The notes beneath the pieces are model-generated. The model was not told the origin of the DNA, searched no databases, and saw only the letters and a list, made by a program, of their open reading frames with translations. The position numbers and the translations under genes were made by a program. Positions 29,973-38,946 of a stretch of DNA of 64,000 nt are shown in pieces. Position 1 is the first letter of the stretch. Every line of letters starts with the position of its first letter. Source of the DNA: Ostreococcus lucimarinus (taxonomy: Eukaryota); the NCBI GenBank assembly GCA_000092065.1, contig CP000587.1. The stretch is one strand, 5' to 3'.

Positions 29973-30980
29973 TTAAACACGCTCGCATTCGAGAAGGCGG
30001 GAGAAGTAGAAGGACGTCGCGGTCATTTCGCGGCGCTTCACCTTGAAACCGGCAGCCTTGAGCGCGATTTCAACATCAGCTTCGTCGTGGAGGTACGCGC
30101 GGGTCGCCTTGGACGGTCCCGGGAACAACTCGCCGACGCGCTTCAAGATGAGGTACGCCAACGTCTTCGGCGCGAAGGAGATGATGAGCTTCTTGCTGCT
30201 CAAGCTCGCCAAGTGGTTGATCATACCGTCGACGCGGTCCTTCGGGTAGTGAATCATGACATCGATGCACGTCACCATGTCGTACTTGCCCGTGGCTTCT
30301 TCGAGGCCCATGGCGTCAAACTTGGGCTCGGTCGCCGGCGCCTTGGCGCCGTTCGCCACCAATTCCTTGTATCGGCGCTCCGCTTCGCCGACCATCGAGC
30401 TAGAGATATCACTCGCGCTCACGTTCGCCCCCTGAAGCGCCAACGGAATCGCCAACGACCCCGTCCCGCACCCAGCATCGCACACCGTCACGCCCTCCAA
30501 ATCGTCGTTCTTCACCCACGCCAAAACCTTATCAACCGTTTGTTGATGTCCCTCGCGAATGTCGAGCTGCACCTTATTCACGTCCTCCGTCTCTCCGTAA
30601 ATCTTATTCCACCGTTCGAACCCGGTGGTGTCGAAATAATTCTTCACGCTCGCCGCTTCGTCGCCGCCAGTCTCCGCCATCATCCCCTCGCGTCTTTTGC
30701 TCGGATCCGTCAGCACCAACGCCGCGCCCGCGCCCGCGATCGCCAGCGCGCCGCCGATCGCCAGTCCCGCGCCCTCGGCCGTCTGCGCGATCTCGCTCGC
30801 GCTCGCCGCGCTCGCGCCGAGCGCGCCGAGCGCCGCCGTCACCGCGGGCGCCGTCGTCATCGCCGACGCCTTATCGCGCGCGCGCGCCATCGTCGTCGTC
30901 TTCGCGCGCGGTTTCGTCGCGCGCGCGCGAGGGGCGACGCGCGCGCGCGGGCGGCTCGTCATCGCTCGCGTCGCGCGCAT
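29973..30980 (-). CDS. CHLM: Magnesium-protoporphyrin IX methyltransferase (chlorophyll biosynthesis)
   Basis: ORF 335 aa with ATG at 30980. There is strong identity across the whole ChlM catalytic region (FDTTGFERWNKIYGETEDVNKVQLDIREGHQQTVDKVLAWV...VCDAGCGTGSLAIPLA...MVTCIDVMIHYP). The N-terminus is an A/R/T-rich transit peptide. Confidence 0.9.
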   Translation of the reverse strand: MRATRAMTSRPRARVAPRARATKPRAKTTTMARARDKASAMTTAPAVTAALGALGASAASASEIAQTAEGAGLAIGGALAIAGAGAALVLTDPSKRREGMMAETGGDEAASVKNYFDTTGFERWNKIYGETEDVNKVQLDIREGHQQTVDKVLAWVKNDDLEGVTVCDAGCGTGSLAIPLALQGANVSASDISSSMVGEAERRYKELVANGAKAPATEPKFDAMGLEEATGKYDMVTCIDVMIHYPKDRVDGMINHLASLSSKKLIISFAPKTLAYLILKRVGELFPGPSKATRAYLHDEADVEIALKAAGFKVKRREMTATSFYFSRLLECERV

Positions 30981-31166
30981 CGTGTCGCGTAAAACGCGCG
31001 CTCGCGTGTGCGGCGCGCGCGCGGTGACGCGAACGATGACGAAAGGCGATCGCGTCGAGGGCCGCTTTGAGATCTTTATCCATCCGGTCGGTTACGGAGA
31101 ATTGCCGAATCGAGGCGCCCGATTGTCGCGACGCCGCGCCGTCGTCACTCTCGCGCGCGCGTCGCC
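30981..31166. promoter_or_regulatory. Divergent promoter region between ChlM (minus) and POLD4 (plus), 186 bp
   Basis: Head-to-head ATG codons at 30980 and 31167. Confidence 0.35.
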
Positions 31167-31601
31167 ATGCCGCCTCGAAGCGCGCGACGACCGCCCTCGG
31201 CGACGACGATCGACGCGCTGTTCAGGTCGACGAAACCGGGCGCGGCGAGACCGGGCAAGACGAAAGGTGCGCCGCCGACGTCGGGATTTCCGACGCGCGC
31301 GCATCGCCGTCGTTCGACGCGACTGACGACGCGCGCGCGCGCAGGCGCGAACGTCGCGATCGAGGACGACGACGCCGAGACGATCGACGACGACGACGCG
31401 GTCGAGCGCGACGCGCGCGAGCTGAAGACGTTTGACTTGACGTCCAAGTTTGGGCCGTGCTGCGGATTGACGCGAATCGAGCGATGGGATCGCGCGCGCG
31501 CGCTCGGTTTAGACCCGCCGAAGCGCGTGTTAGAGATTCTGCATCGTCGCGGCGAGGCGAGCGCGCGATGGAGAGAGTGCGTGTGGCACGGACGGGTGTG
31601 A
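31167..31601 (+). CDS. POLD4: DNA polymerase delta subunit 4 (p12)
   Basis: ATG at 31167. The C-terminus LKTFDLTSKFGPCCGLTRIERWDRARALGLDPPKRVLEILHRRGEASARWRECVWH aligns residue by residue to human POLD4 (LRQFDLAWQYGPCTGITRLQRWCRAKQMGLEPPPEVWQVL...CSLWH). Confidence 0.8.
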   Translation: MPPRSARRPPSATTIDALFRSTKPGAARPGKTKGAPPTSGFPTRAHRRRSTRLTTRARAGANVAIEDDDAETIDDDDAVERDARELKTFDLTSKFGPCCGLTRIERWDRARALGLDPPKRVLEILHRRGEASARWRECVWHGRV

Positions 31602-31835
31602 GCGAGAGCGAGGGACGCCCCGGCGTCGAGCGGCGGCGGTGCCGGGTATCGCGACGACGCGATCGAACCGCCGATCGGTCGTCGCGACGACGAGCGCGAC
31701 GATTGAATTGTAAGATACGAAGATGGATTGACGCGATCTCGCCGTTCGCGCCGCGCTCGCGAGGTTTCGCGTCGACCGCCCTCGGCGTCCTATCCGTCCG
31801 CAGACGCCGCCTCGGCTCGGCGCTCTCGCGCGACC

Positions 31836-33362
31836 ATGCTCGCCCCGCTCGCGCCTCGCGACGCGCATCCGCCGTGGTTCTTGGCGTTATTGGTGCTCCT
31901 CAACGTCGTCGACGCGTTTCACCTGAACATCGTGTGGCCGATGCTTCCGTTCGCCGTGCGAGACTTTGGCGTCGCCGAAATCGACGTCGGCTTTTACTGC
32001 GGCGTGATAGGCGCCGCCGCGCCGCTGGGCGCGCTGCTCAGCGCGTATCAGTGGGGAAGAATCTCTGACAGATACGGACGACGCCCGGCGCTGATCGCCG
32101 GGAGCGCGCTGAGCACGATGAGCGTGTTCGTGTTCGGGACGGCGAAGAGCGTCCGCGCCGCGGCGCTCGGCCGCTGGATGTCCGGGCTTCTCAACGGGAA
32201 CGCCGCCATCGTGAAGACGTATTTGGGCGAAACGTCCACGAAAAAGGCGCAGAGCGAAGCTTTCGGAGTTCTGGCGTTCGGTTACGGGTTGGCGTCGACG
32301 TTAGCGCCGGCCGCGGCGGGATTTTTACAAAGGCCCGCGCGTCGTTGGCCAGAGACGTTCGCGGGGACGGCGTTCGATACGTATCCGTATCTCCTGCCGA
32401 TGTGCGTCGCGGCGTGCCTGACGGGACTCGGGGCGGTATTAGGGGTGTTATTGTTACCCGAAACAGCGTCGTTCGTGCGACGCGCCGAGGCTAAGGCGAT
32501 GGCGCGAAACGGCGACGAGGAAAAGCGTCTCGTCAAGTTGGCTTCGGCGGGCGACTTGCGAGCGATAGAGTTGCGCGACGTGGACGAGTGGTCGGACGTC
32601 GCCGGTGACAAGGGTGAATCTGACGACGTCGAAGATGTGGCACCGAAAGAAGTCCTATTCACGCCCGAGACGACTCGCGCTGTCGCGTGCTACGCCGTCC
32701 TCGCCGCCATCGCGATCGGGTACGACGAGATGCTTCCGGTGTTCTTAAAGACCTCGCACGAGTTAGGAGGGTGCGAATTCGCGCCGCGAGATATCGGTAT
32801 TTTGTTGGTGTGCGGTGGTGTCACGCTTTTGGTCTTTCAATTGGTGTTGTATCCGCGAATCGCCGACGCGCTCGGCGCCGTGCGCGCATTCAGATTCGGC
32901 GTCGCGCTCTTCGCCGCCGTGTCCATGCTCGCGCCGTTCGCGTCGGTGATGCCGAACGAACCCATGCTGTGGACAGTCGCACTCGTGTCGCAGTGCACGA
33001 AAATTTGCGCATTGGGGATCGGATTCGTAAGTATCACCATCGTGGTGAATAACTCGTGCGAGGACGCCGTCAAAGCTCGCGTGAACGGCATCGCTGGCAC
33101 CACGTCGGCGTTTGCGCGCATCGTCGCCCCAGTCATTTGCGGCTGGACATTTGCCGGCGCCATGCGATTGACTTTTCCGGCGCGGCAATTCCTTCCATTC
33201 GCCTTCATCTGCGCCGTCACGGTCGCGCTTCGCGTCATCGCCGAACGCCTGCCGACGGCGCTGGACAGCCCCACATCGTCCGTCGCCGACGTCGATACTC
33301 TTCCATCCGACGACCCCGCGCCCGTCGCGCCCGTCGCATCAAATTTAGATTCGCCCTGTTAG
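31836..33362 (+). CDS. Major facilitator superfamily transporter
   Basis: ORF from 31728, with the plausible ATG at 31836 (MLAPLAPRDAHPPWFLALLVLLNVV). It has the MFS signature GRISDRYGRRPALIAGSALSTMSVFVFG and 12 predicted TM segments. Confidence 0.75.
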   Translation: MLAPLAPRDAHPPWFLALLVLLNVVDAFHLNIVWPMLPFAVRDFGVAEIDVGFYCGVIGAAAPLGALLSAYQWGRISDRYGRRPALIAGSALSTMSVFVFGTAKSVRAAALGRWMSGLLNGNAAIVKTYLGETSTKKAQSEAFGVLAFGYGLASTLAPAAAGFLQRPARRWPETFAGTAFDTYPYLLPMCVAACLTGLGAVLGVLLLPETASFVRRAEAKAMARNGDEEKRLVKLASAGDLRAIELRDVDEWSDVAGDKGESDDVEDVAPKEVLFTPETTRAVACYAVLAAIAIGYDEMLPVFLKTSHELGGCEFAPRDIGILLVCGGVTLLVFQLVLYPRIADALGAVRAFRFGVALFAAVSMLAPFASVMPNEPMLWTVALVSQCTKICALGIGFVSITIVVNNSCEDAVKARVNGIAGTTSAFARIVAPVICGWTFAGAMRLTFPARQFLPFAFICAVTVALRVIAERLPTALDSPTSSVADVDTLPSDDPAPVAPVASNLDSPC

Positions 33363-33497
33363 TCACGTAGTGTTGTAGTGTGTAGTTGCGTTTGCGTTTG
33401 CGTTTCCGCGCCGCCGCCGCCGCCGCCGCGCTCGACTTCACGACTTCGCGACTTCGACGCGCGCCACCTCGCCGCACACCTCGCCTCGTCCGCGGCG

Positions 33498-35051
33498 ATG
33501 CGCGACGACGACGCGACGTTCGACGTCGCGTACGACGTCGCGCGAACCGCGTCGTGGATCCGCGACGGCGCGTTCTCGCGCGTCGCCCTGCAGTTACCCG
33601 ACGACAAGCTTCCCGACGCCGCCAGGCTCGCGCGCGCGCTTCAAACCGCGCTCGCGCGCGACGACGACGCCGCGCGAGCGTCGCGCGAGGTCTTCGTCCT
33701 CGCGGACACGACGTTCGGGTCGTGCTGCGTCGACGAAGTCGCGGCGGCGCACCGGGACGCCGACGCCATCGTACACTTCGGACGCGCGTGCTGCTCACCG
33801 ACGAGCCGAACGCCGGCGCGGTTGGTGTTCGATCGTAAAGAAATCGATTGCGCTCGATGCGCGCGCGCGCTCGAGGCGCACGCCGCGGCGTCGGCGAGGC
33901 GCGGGGCGCGCGCGGTGGTGGCGCTGTGCGACCAGGAATACTTTTGGGCGCTCGACGAGTTGAAGCGAGCTTCGACGAGCTCGACCGCGAACGTTCAGGG
34001 CGCGGAGATCTTCATCGCGGACGCGGTTGAGGTCGAAGTCGATCCGAGCCGCGATTCGAGAGTGCGAGGGAGGGATGAGGACGCGTCGACGACGCGAGTC
34101 GGCGCGTCGCGATTTCGACCGCCGAATGGGACGACGAACGAGGATTGCGCGTACGTGTGGATCGGTGCGACGGGGCCGGCGATGACGCATGCGATGCTGG
34201 TTTTGGGCGATTGCGCGGCGAAGTTCGGTGGGATGGCGCAGTACGATCCATCGGTGGATGGCGACGCGGTGCGCGTCGAGGCGGACGGCGCCGGCGAAGC
34301 CGCGAGGGCGTTGAAGCGAAGGAGATTCTTGATAGCGAAGGCCAAGGAAGCCAGGGTGGTTGGCATCATCGCCGGTACTTTAGGTGTCGCGGGTTACCGC
34401 GAAATGATCGAAAACTTGCGCAAGTTGATTGCGAATAGTGGGCGTAAGAGTTACACCGTCGTCGCGGGAAAGCCGAATCCGCAAAAGTTGGCCAACTTCC
34501 CCGAGATTGAGGTCTTCATAATGGTGAGCTGCGAGTTGACGGCGTTGATGGACGGGCGCGATTACATGCAACCGATCATAACCCCGTACGAGGCCACGAT
34601 CGCGTTCACGCCGGGAAAGATGTGGATGGGCGAAGTCAAGCTCGATTTCGCGTCGGTGCCGACGTTCGAAGACGTCGTCGCGAATGGCGACGACGACGAC
34701 GACGTTCAACCAGAGTTCAGCCTCGTTTCTGGCACGTACATATCACCGGTGAACGCCTCGTCGTCCGCGCACGACGCCGACGACATCGACGCCCTCACCG
34801 GCACCGAGCTCGCTCGCCGCGCCGAGGGCGCGCTCTCCCTCCGCGCCTCCGGCGTCTCCGACGCCGTCGTCACCTCCGGCGCCGAATACCTCATCTCCAA
34901 GCGCACGTACACCGGTCTCGAGCCCGGCCCGAAGCGCGACGACGAAACGGGCGCCATCGCGGACGCCCCGCTCGAAGCCGCGCGCGGTCTCTCCGGCCGC
35001 GCCAAATCGTACGCCGACGAGTCGCCCGCGTCCGCCGCCACCGACCCCTAG
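33498..35051 (+). CDS. DPH2: Diphthamide biosynthesis protein 2 (DPH1/DPH2 family)
   Basis: ORF from 33378, with ATG at 33498 (MRDDDATFDVAYDVARTASWI). The matches are FSRVALQLPDD...VFVLADTTFGSCCVDEVAA...DAIVHFGRACCS and RVVGIIAGTLGVAGYREMIENLRKLIANSGRKSYTVVAGKPNPQKLANFPEIEVFIMVSC, which aligns to human DPH2 (ARVVGLLAGTLGVAQHREALAHLRNLTQAAGKRSYVLALGRPTPAKLANFPEVDVFVLLAC). Confidence 0.8.
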   Translation: MRDDDATFDVAYDVARTASWIRDGAFSRVALQLPDDKLPDAARLARALQTALARDDDAARASREVFVLADTTFGSCCVDEVAAAHRDADAIVHFGRACCSPTSRTPARLVFDRKEIDCARCARALEAHAAASARRGARAVVALCDQEYFWALDELKRASTSSTANVQGAEIFIADAVEVEVDPSRDSRVRGRDEDASTTRVGASRFRPPNGTTNEDCAYVWIGATGPAMTHAMLVLGDCAAKFGGMAQYDPSVDGDAVRVEADGAGEAARALKRRRFLIAKAKEARVVGIIAGTLGVAGYREMIENLRKLIANSGRKSYTVVAGKPNPQKLANFPEIEVFIMVSCELTALMDGRDYMQPIITPYEATIAFTPGKMWMGEVKLDFASVPTFEDVVANGDDDDDVQPEFSLVSGTYISPVNASSSAHDADDIDALTGTELARRAEGALSLRASGVSDAVVTSGAEYLISKRTYTGLEPGPKRDDETGAIADAPLEAARGLSGRAKSYADESPASAATDP

Positions 35052-35277
35052 CCCTCCGAGCGCGTTCCGACGCCCGCGCGTCGTTAAACCATCCCATCAT
35101 CCCATCGTCCCGTCATCGCGCGTTCCGAAGCGCGTTTCCCGCGTTCGCCCGTTCCCGCGTCTCCGCGCGTCCGCGTTGACCGTCCCGCTCGCGCCGACGC
35201 CTCTCATCCATCGTCGTCCGTCCGTCCCCCACACGCGCGCGCGCCGTCACCGCTCGAACTCACCGCGCGCTCCTTCG

Positions 35278-36072
35278 ATGTCCGCGCCCTCCGCGCCGAC
35301 GACGGACGTCCCGCCGCCTCCCGCGTCCGCGCGCGCGCCCGCCGACGCCGCCGCGCCGACCTCGACGGCGGCGGTTGACTCGACGCCCGCGACCGCGCCG
35401 CGCGCCGAGTCGACGCCCGCGCGCCCCGTGACGCTCGGTCCCGTGACGTTCGACACCGGCGACGACGTGATGCGATACTTCGGCGCGCTTCGAAACGAGC
35501 TGACGCTGGATCAAAACATGAACGAGTACGAAGCCGCGACGACGGAGGCGCTGCTGCGACTCGGCCACGAGGACGCGGCGAAGAAATTCGGCAGCGGCCT
35601 GCGCGCGTTCCAGGTCAGGAATCATCCCGTGCACAACACGCGATGCTTCATGATCGTGCGCACCGACGGGACGATGGAGGACTTTTCGTATCGAAAGTGC
35701 GCGGCGCGGTTGTTTCCGGGATACGACCCGGCGACGTTTCGCGAAAAGACGGGCGCCGCGCGAAGCGGCGGCGGTCGCGGTGGTCGCGGCGGTGGTGGGC
35801 GCGGCGGTGGGCGCGGTGCTCGCGGCGGTGGTCGCGGCGGTGGTCGCGGCGGTGGTCGCGGCGGTGGTCGCGGCGGTGGTCGCGGCGGTCGCGGCGGTCG
35901 CGGCGGCGGCCGCGGGAATTTCGGCCGCGGCGGCGGTCGCGGCGGCGGCCGCGGGAATTCCGGTCGCGGCGGCGGTCGAGGCGGTCCCGATCGCGGCGGC
36001 GATCGTTTCGGCGGCGGCGCCGATCGCGGCGGCGGCGGCGGCGACCGACCGCGGTTCGGCCGTCCGTATTAG
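35278..36072 (+). CDS. DCL (DUF3223) domain protein with a long C-terminal RGG/GAR repeat
   Basis: ORF from 35176, with ATG at 35278. The N-domain GDDVMRYFGALRNELTLDQNMNEYEAATTEALLRLGHEDAAKKFGSGLRAFQVRNHPVHNTRCFMIVRTDGTMEDFSYRKC matches DCL proteins (CLFLVRTDDVWIDFSYRKC). A C-terminal 95-aa run of GGRGG repeats is encoded by a 15-nt tandem repeat. Confidence 0.6.
   Translation: MSAPSAPTTDVPPPPASARAPADAAAPTSTAAVDSTPATAPRAESTPARPVTLGPVTFDTGDDVMRYFGALRNELTLDQNMNEYEAATTEALLRLGHEDAAKKFGSGLRAFQVRNHPVHNTRCFMIVRTDGTMEDFSYRKCAARLFPGYDPATFREKTGAARSGGGRGGRGGGGRGGGRGARGGGRGGGRGGGRGGGRGGGRGGRGGRGGGRGNFGRGGGRGGGRGNSGRGGGRGGPDRGGDRFGGGADRGGGGGDRPRFGRPY
35770..36060 (+). repeat. Coding tandem repeat of a 15-nt unit (GGCGGTGGTCGCGGC-like) encoding the RGG/GAR box
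   Basis: Repeated ggtcgcggcggtggtcgcggc units are visible over about 290 nt inside the DCL-domain gene. Confidence 0.85.
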
Positions 36073-36307
36073 ACTTCGTCGCGACTTCGACGCGAAGACG
36101 ACGCCGCGATTGTTGATTGATGATGCATGATCGATGACCTCGCGCCTCACATCGCCGCGCGTTTCGCGACTTCGATCGCGAGCGGCGCGTCGCATCGCGC
36201 TCGCCGCGCGCGCTCGCGACGCGCTCGCGACGCGCCGGTGAATCGATTCGATCGCGACCGGGACAATCCGCGTCAGCACTGCGCGCTCGAAATCGCTCGC
36301 GACGACC

Positions 36308-37804
36308 ATGGTCGCGCGCGACGTCGTCGCCAAGGCGGCGCGCTCGCAGCTCGTGAAAACCGCGGGCGCGAAACTGCTCGACGCGCGACCGAAGATGATC
36401 GCGCTGAGCGGACCGGGAGGCTTCCTGGGCGCGCGGGTGCTGGACGCGGTGCTGGACGCGCACGATTATCGACGAGCGCACGGATTAGAGAGCGGCGAGG
36501 CGCTGCTGCTGTCGGCGTCGCCGGGCAATTTGATGTCGAGATTGACGAAACAGTACGGGGCGGAGCGATTGCGAGGGGTCAGGGCGTCGAGGGTGGATTA
36601 TTATTATCAACACGACGTGGATTCGTGGCAGGACCAGTTGGGGTCGCTCGGGATGGCGGGGTGTAACTCGGTGTTCATGAATCTCGCCGGTCTCGCGGGG
36701 CCGGTGTCGGGGAAGGCGAACGCGATGATGGCGGTGAATTATCTCGCGCCGGTCGCCGCGGCGCGCGCGTGCGAACGATTGGGTTTCGGGCACTTTATTC
36801 AGAGCAGCACGCAAGCCACGAAGGCGGAGCGCGCGGGACAGGTGCCGTACAGTCGGTGGAAGGCGATGGCAGACTTTTCGTTGGCGCGGTTGGAAAAATT
36901 GCCGGTGACGGTGTGCGCGCTCGGAATGTTGTACGATAAAGACCAAGGCGTCGTCGGTCAGCGTGGGGACTTACTGAATATGATTGACTTGACGCTCCTA
37001 CCGCTGACGCCGATTATGGGCGACGGTTCGGCGCCGCTGCAGCCGCTCGAGGTCGCGGACGCGGCGAGTCGGTTGGCGTTTCTGGGTCTCACTGAGGTTG
37101 CGGACCTACCCGCGTCGAATCTACCGTGTCAGGAAGAGGGCGCGTGGAATCGAGAATCGTGGTCGGGCACCGATTCCATTTGGAGTCGCGAATCTTGGGC
37201 GCGCATAGTGACGCAGAATGAAAAGCGGCAGTACACGCTGCGCATGTACGACGCCGTGGGTCCGGAGACGATGAGCATGCTCGAACTTAACAAAAAGTTC
37301 GCCCAATTGAACAATCGAAAGCTTCGAGCGGTGCACGTGGACTACCGCAACTTTGAGCGCGTGCTGAACGTCGCGTCGCTCGGGAACTTGAATAGACAAT
37401 TCGTATCGCTCTTGCGAAGCGAGCAAGACGCCGAACACCCAGTCGTTGGGAATTCGGATGCTTTTGAGAAAATACTCGGCCCCGACGCCAAGCTCTGCGC
37501 GCTCGGTGATCTCGATCGAGTCACACAGCGGCGCCGATTCCCGTACTCGGCCACGCTCGGATGGGCGATGCACAACTACGGCGTCATCTGGCCCGGTATT
37601 CTCCTCGGCACAGAAATTCTCGTCACCTACCTATTCGGTCAAAAATACTCCACGGATGACTACTGGAAGTACACTCGTCTGAGTTTCAAAGCCGTCTTCC
37701 TCGCGTGCGTCGTCGGCGGTGGAACGTACTTTGGCGGCGAATCGGCGACTCATCTCCTCGAACTCGTTCGCAACACGCTTCCGCCGCCTCCGCCGTCACC
37801 GTGA
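36308..37804 (+). CDS. NAD(P)-binding Rossmann-fold protein (epimerase/dehydratase-like) with a C-terminal hydrophobic region
   Basis: ATG at 36308. It has a glycine-rich dinucleotide motif (IALSGPGGFLGARVLDAVL) and a C-terminal segment YGVIWPGILLGTEILVTYLF. I cannot assign a specific family. Confidence 0.5.
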   Translation: MVARDVVAKAARSQLVKTAGAKLLDARPKMIALSGPGGFLGARVLDAVLDAHDYRRAHGLESGEALLLSASPGNLMSRLTKQYGAERLRGVRASRVDYYYQHDVDSWQDQLGSLGMAGCNSVFMNLAGLAGPVSGKANAMMAVNYLAPVAAARACERLGFGHFIQSSTQATKAERAGQVPYSRWKAMADFSLARLEKLPVTVCALGMLYDKDQGVVGQRGDLLNMIDLTLLPLTPIMGDGSAPLQPLEVADAASRLAFLGLTEVADLPASNLPCQEEGAWNRESWSGTDSIWSRESWARIVTQNEKRQYTLRMYDAVGPETMSMLELNKKFAQLNNRKLRAVHVDYRNFERVLNVASLGNLNRQFVSLLRSEQDAEHPVVGNSDAFEKILGPDAKLCALGDLDRVTQRRRFPYSATLGWAMHNYGVIWPGILLGTEILVTYLFGQKYSTDDYWKYTRLSFKAVFLACVVGGGTYFGGESATHLLELVRNTLPPPPPSP

Positions 37805-37883
37805 TTCAACCATTCCATCACGCCGCATCGCTTGTTGTACGCTTGTTGTAAAATATCATTCTTCATCGTTCGCACGACGCTCG

Positions 37884-37935
37884 TCGGCTCGAATCCGAAT
37901 CGAATCGAGTTCGAGTTCGCCTTCGCCTTCGCCGA
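37884..37935. repeat. Cascade of short tandem duplications (GAATC x3, GAGTTC x2, GCCTTC x2) in the NSE1 5' flank
   Basis: gaatccgaatcgaatcgagttcgagttcgccttcgccttcgcc, read directly. Confidence 0.6.
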
Positions 37936-38011
37936 AATTCAATTTTTGAAAACCGCCAGCCGACGCCACCTCGCGGCATTTCTCGCCGCACCGCCGCGCG
38001 CGCCCGGCGTC

Positions 38012-38861
38012 ATGCCCCCGGCGGCGGCGGCGAAGAGGAAAGCAAAACCACTCGCGGCGACCTCGCCGTCGCCCGTGAAGAAAAATGCCAAGACCACGGC
38101 GCCCGCGGCGTCGAACGACGACGCCAGCGCGCTGTCGGTGCAGCAGCAGTGTTTCCTTCAGGCGCTTCTGTCGCGCGGGATCGTCGAAAGCGAGGACGCG
38201 GAGGCGTTGTACAGGTGCGGTCGTGTCGCACACGCGCGATTTCGACGATGAAGCGCGAAAAGAAGGCGCTCGCGGGACTGACAAATGAGCGTCGATCGCA
38301 CGCGCGGCGCGCAGAGAAATCGTCGAAGACGACGCCGCGAACGAGTTCACGCGATTCTGGGGCGAAATCGCCGTCGCGTTGAAATTTTTAGATTTAGACA
38401 TACGAACGGGTAAATTCGAGGGCGATGGGAAGACGTACATGGCGGTGGTGAACCAAGGGACGACGGAAGTGGCGAAATTGGCGACTCGGATGACGCCGGC
38501 GGAAATCGCGCTGTTTCGAGTCGCGATGTTGGAAATTCTGCGCGATGATTCGAGCGCCGAGCGCGGGATCGATTTCATGAGCGCGTTGAATTCGACCGAG
38601 TTACAATTGACGCAAGACGCGTCGACGCAGGACGGGGCGACGCAGATGACGCAACTGGAGAAGCAAACGCAGACGGTGCAAAAGATGAGCAAGGTCGTCA
38701 AGGACGCCGCGCTCAACGACCTCGTCGCCGAGCGATGGCTCGAGCGCGTCGACGACGGCCGTCGTCTGACCCTCGGTCCTCGATCATTCCTAGAGCTCAG
38801 AGAATTCATCCTAGCCCAAGCTCCCGAGCGCGCGCGCGCGAGGTGGGATAAATTGTTGTGA
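38012..38861 (+). CDS. NSE1: Non-SMC element 1 (NSE1) winged-helix region of the SMC5/6 complex, 2 exons with an intron at 38215..38314, no RING-like domain
   Basis: Exon 1 (38012..38214) ends ...QQQCFLQALLSRGIVESEDAEALY. Exon 2 (38315..38861) reads R-EIVEDDAANEFTRFWGEIAVALKFLDLDIRTGKFEGDGKTYMAVVNQGTTEVAKLATRMTPAEIALFRVAMLEIL...RLTLGPRSFLELREFILAQAPERA. It aligns with human NSMCE1 (HRRFLQLLMTHGVLEEWDVKRL...LEDFINNINSVLESLYIEIKRGVTEDDGRPIYALVNLATT...FTLHGRAILEMEQYIRETYPDAV). The donor is GTGCGG, ACTGAC is at 38277..38282 and the acceptor is CAG. The stop comes where the RING-like domain would begin. Confidence 0.6.
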
Positions 38862-38946
38862 CTTGTGACGAACCGTCCGCCGTCCTCGCCCTCGCGCGTC
38901 CCGCGCCGCCCCACATCGCGTCGCGCCGTCGCGCGTCGCGCGCGCG

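Noticed and set aside
37860-37900. A GCTCGAATCC motif resembling a tRNA T-loop
   Set aside because: No acceptor stem, D-arm or anticodon arm can be drawn around it. It is part of a cascade of short tandem duplications, not a tRNA.
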